Below, one piece after another: positions 56,268 to 64,000 of a DNA stretch of 64,000 nt. Each line of letters starts with the position of its first letter. Position 1 is the stretch's first letter. Below the pieces are notes generated by a model. The model was not told the origin of the DNA. It saw nothing but the letters and a program-made list of their open reading frames with translations, and did not search any database. Source of the stretch: Rebecca billardiae RCC1528 (Eukaryota; Protista; Haptophyta); assembly GCA_965240325.2 (NCBI GenBank), contig OZ251222.1:3410001-3474000 (forward strand), read 5' to 3'. Made by a program: the position numbers and the translations under genes.

Positions 56268-56598
56268 TATTAACGAGGTGGTATGCAACGGGCAGGCGTC
56301 AGAGTCAGCAAGCTGTAGCAGCAGATCGAGCAGCAGAGACAAACACCAGGATCAGCGCTCCTCGCCGTCGTCCCCCCCCTGCTCGTATTATATACCTAAG
56401 TATGTATTGATAATCTGCTACGGTATCAAAGGAATTCCGCCACTACCTATTGTCGCCTATACCACGTCGTTAAATGTATTAACGACGTGGTATGCAACGC
56501 GCGGGCAGGCGTCAGAGTAGTCAGCAAGCTGTAGCAGCAGATCGAGCAGCAGAGACAAACACCAGGATCAGCGCCTCCTCGCCGTTGTCCCCCCCCCT
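56268..56598. repeat. ~115-bp direct repeat pair with a 15-bp-stem hairpin at the start of the second copy
   Basis: 56268-56380 and 56477-56598 align (gtcagcaagctgtagcagcagatcgagcagcagagacaaacaccaggatcagcg). Hairpin ATACCACGTCGTTAA-atgta-TTAACGACGTGGTAT at 56459-56493. Confidence 0.9.
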
Positions 56599-57426
56599 CG
56601 TAGTCGCCCATCACTCCATCGCCGAGCGGAAGCTCGACGCACCGTCTGGCGTCACGACGCGCGCGCGCCACCGCGGTGGTCGCGGTGCCACGCGGCGTCG
56701 TCAGCCATCGTCTCGAAGTAGTCGTCGTGCGCAGCCCCCCTGCGGGCGCGTGCCTCCGGGCGCACGTGCGCCATGCGCGCGCGGGCGAATGTGGCTGTGT
56801 TGCTCGGGCGCGCAGTCGCAGCCTGGCCGCTGGCGGCGGTGCCGTGTGCCGGGCGATCCGCCCTGAGCCTGCCGCCCGCCGGCTGCCGGCAGCCCGGCAC
56901 GGCCGACGGAGTCGTTTGCCGCAGGTGTACGGCCTTCGTCATTATTCTTAAATATTATGAATTATTATGATTCAAACGTTCACCGCCTGATCACCCGGCC
57001 CAGCGGCTGAGACGGCCGTCTGACATCCGGACCTGCACCCTCGCCCTCGCTCGGGGCACAGCAGGTCCATGCGAGCCGCGCAGCGCAGGTGGATCGCGCT
57101 CCAGCAGCTCAAGGCCGCACTCAAGCCATTCGATCGCGGTTCACTCACCGTTCAGGCTATGCTCTGCCACCAGCGCCGACTCGTGTCGACGATCGGGCAC
57201 TGCCGACGACGAATCAGGAGACCTGCGCCGTCCTACCTATGTCGTTAAATCATAGAATGAGCAGTTCACGACTCTGCTGCTATATACTGCCCGGACTCGC
57301 GGTTCCAATCACGGGAGGCCCTGCGATCAGAAGTCTAACCTCTTCAATAAAGTATATAGACCAGCATATTCATCCGGACTCCGCCGGGCCGCGTCACTAT
57401 CTATACATATGCATCCAACATCGTCA

Positions 57427-58890
57427 TCACCAGACGACGCGATGATGGTTCGTTGCCGTAGTCAGTGTCCGATGGTGATGATCGCGCTGCACTGCGAGCC
57501 CTACCGGGTTGCACCGATTGAAGCGCTTGAGCGCGCTCTGGTAGATAACGGAGAGCTCTGTGTCGAATCGGTGCCACTGCAATAGCTCTGTGCGTCTACT
57601 ACGCCACGCATGCCCCTGATTGAGCAACTGCCGCGCAGCCTCCCAGGCTTGATCGAGCTGCCACGCGACAGCGCTTGGGGCAGAGGCGTGCGCGCCGCCA
57701 GCCCACCACGCCCTCGTCGCATCCCGCGAGAGCTCGTGAAAGTCTGAATGGAGCGGGTGGGCTGCCGCATCGGCTGCCGAGCGTGAGCTGGTCACCACCG
57801 ACACGTTCGCATGGGCCGGCCCACCGGGCCACGCTATGTCCGTGAAGAGCGGCGGCGTGGCGACGCGCGTGCTCCATCGCAGCGCCTGCGCCGCTGCGAA
57901 TGAGCCGCGCTCCACCTCGCACGACGCGTGATGCAGGAAGCGTGCCTCCCGCGAGTTGAGCGGTGGTCCGAACACATCGAGGTGCAGCATGCACATGTCC
58001 GACACGAAGATGGGCTGCAGCTCGGCCTTCGCGCCGGAAGCAGCTCCGTGGCAGTGCCACCACTTCTGCACCGGATGCCAGCACGTGCGCTCCACGTGGA
58101 CGCAGATGCCCGCGCCGTTCTCTGGACACAGGCGCACGGGCCACAGCCGCAAGAGAGTGGCGGCCCCGGTCGGCGAGAGGACGTACGCGCCGGCGGAGTA
58201 GATACCCAGCCCGCATGGAGCACCACGCTTGCCGCGAAAGGTATGGTGATGCGTGCTCACGCTCGGGGGACGGCCCGTGCTCAGCCAGCGCGAGACCAGG
58301 CGGAGCCAAGTGTCACGCGGGCCGTGCGCCATCAGGAGCAGCGCTGACCACCACCCCGGCACCTGCCCAACGAAGTGACGCAGCGAGCGCGGCCGAGCGA
58401 GTCGTGCGACAGCAAGATCTTGCCTCGCCTGCTCGAGGGCGGGCGAAAAGTCCACATCGTCCTCGAGGACGAGGAAGGCCTGGCGGTCCGGTCCCATGGT
58501 CGTGGCCGCGACGAACACGGCCTTGATGTGCGAGAGCTGGATGGCAACCTCGAGCGGCGAGGTCCAAAGCTGATCGCCGAGCGTCCAGCTCGAGCCATTG
58601 TGCAACAGCCCACCGCGAAGCACACGCGCGGCATCTTCCACGCGCACGGCCGGCACCCGCACCGCACACGTGCCCAGCGCGAGCGCGCCCTGCAGCATCT
58701 CTCGCATGCGCGCTGCCCTTGTTCGAGCAGCATCGAGGTTGATCCAGAACGTGGGCAAGTCGATGAGCGCGTGGCTAGCGCTGCTACCGCAGACACGCTC
58801 AAAGAGCGTCGCGGAGTCGAGCGCATGGATCGAGCCAGTCAAGGCTGCACACAGCGACAAGCAGGTCGCCGCCAAACCAACCGCCGCCAT
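57427..58890 (-). CDS. Glycosyltransferase family 25-like protein with signal peptide/anchor, intronless
   Basis: Start MAAVGLAATCLSLCAALTG. Motifs FWINLDAARTRAARM, RVPAV, EVAIQLSHIKAV, LVLEDDVDF and SAGAYVLSPTGAATLL. Confidence 0.8.
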   Translation of the reverse strand: MAAVGLAATCLSLCAALTGSIHALDSATLFERVCGSSASHALIDLPTFWINLDAARTRAARMREMLQGALALGTCAVRVPAVRVEDAARVLRGGLLHNGSSWTLGDQLWTSPLEVAIQLSHIKAVFVAATTMGPDRQAFLVLEDDVDFSPALEQARQDLAVARLARPRSLRHFVGQVPGWWSALLLMAHGPRDTWLRLVSRWLSTGRPPSVSTHHHTFRGKRGAPCGLGIYSAGAYVLSPTGAATLLRLWPVRLCPENGAGICVHVERTCWHPVQKWWHCHGAASGAKAELQPIFVSDMCMLHLDVFGPPLNSREARFLHHASCEVERGSFAAAQALRWSTRVATPPLFTDIAWPGGPAHANVSVVTSSRSAADAAAHPLHSDFHELSRDATRAWWAGGAHASAPSAVAWQLDQAWEAARQLLNQGHAWRSRRTELLQWHRFDTELSVIYQSALKRFNRCNPVGLAVQRDHHHRTLTTATNHHRVVW

Positions 58891-60836
58891 CACCGATTCG
58901 GCTCTCGGCTCAGGGTTCGCGAGAATTCGCTGCGAATGACCCATTCATCGGATTCGGACCCCGAATTTCGGGGTCCGAATTTCGGGGTCGGCCACACCGG
59001 TGACCGGACCCGGAAGTGGCCTTGGCACGGCAATGGCGTCGGCGGATTCGCTTGCCGTCGACGTCATGCCGTGCCCGACTGATGTGCTCGCAGCGGCTGT
59101 GCCGGGCCAGCAGCTGGGGGTGGTTCGGTCAGAGCCCGGTACACCGATTGTCGGTGCAGTTCCGTGGTGCGGGGAACCGTGTCCGTGGTGACGCGCGTTG
59201 ACCGGCGCGGCGAACGGCAGCCGTGGGCGCCGTGTTCTCGGACGGGGACACGTAGTGTCCTCGGCGAAGCCTGCCTCGACTTGACTCCTGACATCTACGG
59301 CGTGGTTGGCACGGCAAGCAGTAGGCACTGCCCGTGCTCGGCAGCGCCGCGGAGCCGGGCTCGCACGGGGTGCTGAGCACAACGCCCGCGACTTCGCGGG
59401 GCCCTGCGTCATTCTGGGACCCGACTCGAGCCATTCGTCGAGATCGAGTCTGATCCTGATGTAGTTAGAGTGATATCCGTGGCTGTGCAGGACTGTGACA
59501 TTCACTGCGTGCGGACTGGTGCTGGCGCAGTGACCGACTGACCGTCGCTGTTATAGCCCGGGCACGCCACTGTGGCGTGCCATGCTGGGAGTTGTCAGTT
59601 GAATGACCGTCAGATTGTCCGGTCTGTCTCCGGAGGCACACGCCCGACCCCGGACAGCCAGAATTCCCCCCCGAAGATGCGGAGGCCAGAATCCCCCCCC
59701 CCCCTCCCCCCCCGAAAATTCCCCCCCGAATCATTCGGGGGGGATTCGGAATCGGACACGAACCCTGCTGCTCATGCTGATGCTGCACAGCGTCAGCTGA
59801 CCTGAGCTGTGTTACGAGTGTGTGGCACAGTGTGGGTCGTAGTACAATACCACTGGCAACTCACAAGCGCGATGTCTCAGCGAGGAGAAGGGCAGAAGGC
59901 GGGTTCATTCATATTGTTTTAAAGTTCTCGTGGTACTCGGTCAGAAAGTTGACTAATAAATAACGGTACTGTAGACTGTACTGATAAGCTAGTCTGATTT
60001 GACAGTGAATGTGATGATTGATCTTACTGCTACTGCTAGGCGGAGACTGGACGTAACTGTCGACTCTGGTCAACCTACTCTGGACAGACTCAGACAAACG
60101 ACAACGTCAAACCCGCCAAGCTAGTCACTGACAATAATATTATTCTGTACAGTTTACTAAGAATAAGAGACGCACACAGCTCAGGCAGGCGAGATTGACG
60201 CCCGCCAACTGTCACCGCCCATGAAGCCGTCGCCGATGGTAGCGCCGCCGGTATAAATAATAGAGCAGTATAGTACGAGCCGACGAATCAGGACCGAGAC
60301 TCGACCCGCGTCGTCTGCCTACCTGTGTGGCGTCAAATCCTAGAATGAGTTCAGACTCTAGAGTCTGATGACTCGCGACAATCGCCAATCGGGCGTCTGT
60401 CAATCCGTGATCAGCGGTGATATAATAAATTTATTATATTATCAAATATTACTTAGCTAGCTATTATTATAATAGTTATACTATTATAATAAATAGTTTA
60501 TAATTTTCGGATGAGCCTATCCGAAATAAATCCGAATTACTCTACTACAAGCGATGCAGTCTGATGCGATGTGATGATGAGGTATATGCGGAAGCGCCTT
60601 AGGAGCGGCGTCGAGTAGGATTCCGCGGCATCGCTGTGCGCACGCCACTGCGACGGCAGTGCAGCGGCGCGGCCTTGGCCTCAGATGAAGTTGGACATGA
60701 TCGTTACTCAGAAGTGTCGCGCGAGCCCGCATGGCTACGCGCACGACACTGCAGGCCATAGATAGAGCGAGAGCGACGTGTCACGTGATACCACACGTCG
60801 CCTCGCGTGGTGCGTGCGGCTGGATCAGCCGCGCGA

Positions 60837-63800
60837 TCATACGCGCTCCGGCGCCGCCCGATCTTGGTAGGGCGCGCGGTACGTCGGTGTGCGCTGGTTG
60901 GCGAGGAACTCGGCAACCGTTTGGTCGGCCTGGCCGCCGGCAGGAGGTGCCGCTGGCGGTGGCGGCGCCAGCCGCCGCGACGAGCCCGCCGCCGGCGCTC
61001 CGCCGGGCTGCGGGACGCCAGACATGCGCCGCATGGAGCCGGCGATGGACGTGCCCATCGCGCCAAAGACAGATGGGCGCTGCTGCGCCTCGATGTTGGC
61101 CATGGAGCGCGTGCGCGCCGCCTCCTGCCGCGCGCGGTTGCCGCGCTGGATCGCCTGGATGCGCGCCGCGGCCTCCTGCTCCTTCTTCTCCTGCTCCGCG
61201 CGCGCCAGGGCGGGGGGATGCGCGCGTGAGCAATCTGCCGGGCGGCACGCGCTGCGCGTGCCGAGTCGAGCGGCGCCGCCGCGCCGCGGCGCCGCGGCAC
61301 GCACCCGCTGGCTGAGCATCCGTTTGCGCAGCAGCAGCACGAAGAGAGCGAGCAGGATCAGGCAGCAGAACAGAGCCAGCACGATCACGATCGACAGCTG
61401 CGCGGGCGCGAGGCGAGGCGAGGCGAGCGGGGCGCGCACGGGGCACGTGCGAGTGAGCGACGTGCGCGCGCGACCGCGCGGCGCGCGAGTGGCGCGGCGC
61501 GGCTGCGCGCGCGGCGCGCACCTGCGCGGCGAACGGCAGCGTCACGTTCTGACCGAGCAGGCTGTTCGAGCCGGGTGGTGGCGAGGACGGTGGGGATGGC
61601 GGCGGCGAGGGCGGCGGCGGCTGGGAGGGGCTCGGTGGAGGTGGCTCCGGCGATGGCGGTGGCGGGCTGCTCGGCGGGCTCGGCGGGCTCGGCGGCGGCG
61701 ATGGAGGCATCGGGGGCGGTGGTGGCGACGGCGGAGGCGACGGGGGTGACGGCGGCGGTGGTGGCGACGAGGGCGGAGGCGATGGCGGCGGCGACGGCGG
61801 AGGCGTGGGCGGCGGTGGCGATGGCGGTGGCGACGGCGGAGTTGGCGGCACCGGCGGGCTTGGCGGCGGCCGGCTGGGCGGGCTGGGCGGAGCTGGCGGC
61901 GGCGAGTAGAAGTCGCACGAGCCGTCATCGTAGGTGGCATCGGGGTCGTAGTTGCGCGCGAGCGGCGCGCGGCAGCCGCCGATGGCGCAGTTGCCGTCGT
62001 CCACGGTGGCCGTCGCGTCGAAGTTCTCCGCGGCCGTGTTGGTGCAGCCCGGGAAGTCGAACTCGCAGCCGGTGAGCACCGACGCGGTCGGGTCGTAGTT
62101 GGACGCGGCCGGGTTGGTGCAGCCGACGTACTGGCACAGGCCGCTGTCCACGGTCGCGTCCGGGCGGAAGTTGACCGCCTCCGTGTCGGTGCAGCCCACG
62201 ACGGCAAATTCGCACGTGCTGCTGCCCGTGTTCGCCGTCGAGTCGTAGTTGGTCGCGGAAGGCGAGAGGCAGCCGCGGAAGATGCACGACGACGCGTCGA
62301 GCAGCGTGACCGACGAATCGTAGTTGTCCGCGGTGATGATGCTGCAGCCGATCACCTCGGGGATGCACGAGCTGTCGTCGTCCGTCGCGAGCGAGTTGTA
62401 GTTGGTGGAGAGCGCGTCCGTGCAGCCAAGCACGATGCACGAGCCGTCGTCCGTGTTCGCGCTCGAGTCGAAGTTCTCGGCGGTGGGGTCGGTGCAGCCG
62501 GAGACCGTGCACACGCCACAGACGCCGCTCGACACGGTCGCCGTCGGGTTGTACAGCGAGCACGTCGAGACGAGGCAGCCCCGGTAGATGCAGCCCTGGT
62601 CGACGTTGGCGCCCGAGTCGTAGTTGTCCGCAGACGGGTCGGTGCATCCGAGCACCGGCAGCACGCAGAAGCCATCGGAGGCCGTGGCGGTCGAGTCGTA
62701 GTTGAAGGCGATCGGGTTGAGGCAGCCGAAGTAGACGCACTCGCTCGAGATCGTGGCGGCCGAGTTGTAGTTGGCCGCCTCGGGGTCGAGGCACCCTGTG
62801 ATCGCGAGGTTGATGCAGTTGCCTGAGCTGATGGTCGCGAGCGAGTTGTAGTTGCCCGCAAGCGGGTTGAGGCAGCCGGTGATCTCGCAGCTGCCGTCGT
62901 CCGTCGTCGCGAGAGAGTCGTAGTTGTCCGCGCCCGGGTCGGTGCAGCCCGCGATCAGGTAGGTGCACGACCCCGCGTTGTTCACGTTCGCGGTCGAGTC
63001 GTAGTTCTGCGCCAGCGAGTCGCGGCAGCCGGCAAACTGGCACGAGCCATCGTTGGTGTCGGCCGTCGAGACAAAGCTGATCGAGTTCGAGTCGGTGCAG
63101 CCGAACTTCGGGTACTGGCACGAGCCGTCGTTGTCCGTCGCGGTCGAGTCGAAGTTGAGCGCCACGCTGAGCGTGCAGCCGAGGTAGGCGCAGTTGCCGT
63201 CGTCCGCAGTGGCGAGCGACTCGTAGTTGGCCGCGCGCGAGTCCGTGCAGCCGAGGATCTCGCCCGCGCACGAGCCGTCATCCTCCGTCGCCGAAGAGTC
63301 GAAGTTCTGCGAGCCCGGAATCGTGCAGCCCGGGAAGACGCACGAGCCCGACTCGAGCACCGTCGCCGCCGAGTCGTAGTTGCTCGCGGCCGGGTTGGTG
63401 CAGCCGCGCACGAGGTACTGGCACGAGCCATCGTCGAGGTTGGCCGTGGAGTCGAAGTTGTCCGCGGTCGGGTCGACGCAGCTGGCATACAGGCACAACT
63501 CGGGCACGCCGATGTTCGCGGTCGAGTCGAAGTTGTCGGCGAGCGAGTCCGCGCAGCCCGAAACCGCGTCGACGCAGCTGCCGTCGTTCTGGTTGGCCAG
63601 CGAGTTGAAGTTGGCGGCCGTCGGGTCGACGCAGCCGAGGACGCTCGCGCGGCAGCAGGTCGTCGGCGGCGAGGCGCCTCCACACCCGGAGGGCGCGCGC
63701 GTGGCGAGGTTGTTGTAGTTGCGCGCCGTCGAGTCGGTGCAGCCGATGATGTCGTACGTGCACGTCTCGGAGCCCTGCGCGGTGGCGTTCGAGTTGAAGT

Positions 63801-64000
63801 TGGACGCGACGGGGTCCAAGCAGCCGAAGATGTCGTACACGCACGAGCCGTCGTTTCTGTTGGCGCGGTTGTCGTAGTTGGTCGCGTTGAGGTAGGTGCA
63901 GCCGCTGATCACGCACGACTGGTCGTCGATCGTCGCCGATTGGTCGAAGTTGTCCGCGCTCGGGTCGATGCAGCCCGAGATGGGGCAGACCGTCGTCAGG
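60837..64000 (-). CDS. Large surface protein (5'-partial): ~28 GCTDxxAxNYxxxAxxDDGSC repeats, SPPP stalk, TM helix, cytoplasmic IQ motif; introns 61398-61521 and 61191-61304
   Basis: Tandem ~25-aa repeats such as GCTDPTAENFDSSANTDDGSC run to the window edge. Pro/Ser tract ~61570-61900. TM LSIVIVLALFCCLILLALFVLLL. IQ motif AARIQAIQRGNRAR. Stop at 60837-60839. Confidence 0.9.

Overview
Gene-dense, very GC-rich eukaryotic nuclear DNA. It has short GC-rich GT-AG introns (donors mostly GTGCG) and a plastid-targeted transketolase with a bipartite '...ALA|FQAP' presequence. These traits point to an alga with a secondary plastid, plausibly a haptophyte (inference only). About 16 protein genes can be supported: an aldo/keto reductase, a GFGD-repeat protein with a frame break, a Cys-rich membrane protein, a 2OG-Fe(II) oxygenase, four glycosyltransferase-like genes (TPR-fused GT-A, an apparently circularly permuted GT-B, a PH-domain/MGDG-synthase-like fusion, GT25), UTP4, a RING E3, a pBRP1-type TFIIB relative, a plastid NFU, an F-box/LRR protein, one hypothetical protein, DNA2, transketolase, and two Pro-rich type-I surface proteins with cytoplasmic WW or IQ modules. 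Non-coding DNA holds a 1.5-kb foldback element with a TTA target-site duplication, two copies of a TA-flanked MITE, nested palindrome arrays, pseudogene fragments and microsatellites. The most unusual signals are (i) repeats decaying by dense 2-9 bp, often templated, micro-insertions rather than substitutions, (ii) the permuted glycosyltransferase, and (iii) the foldback element sitting inside a tiny bidirectional promoter. All exon structures and family calls were made by eye, without database searches.
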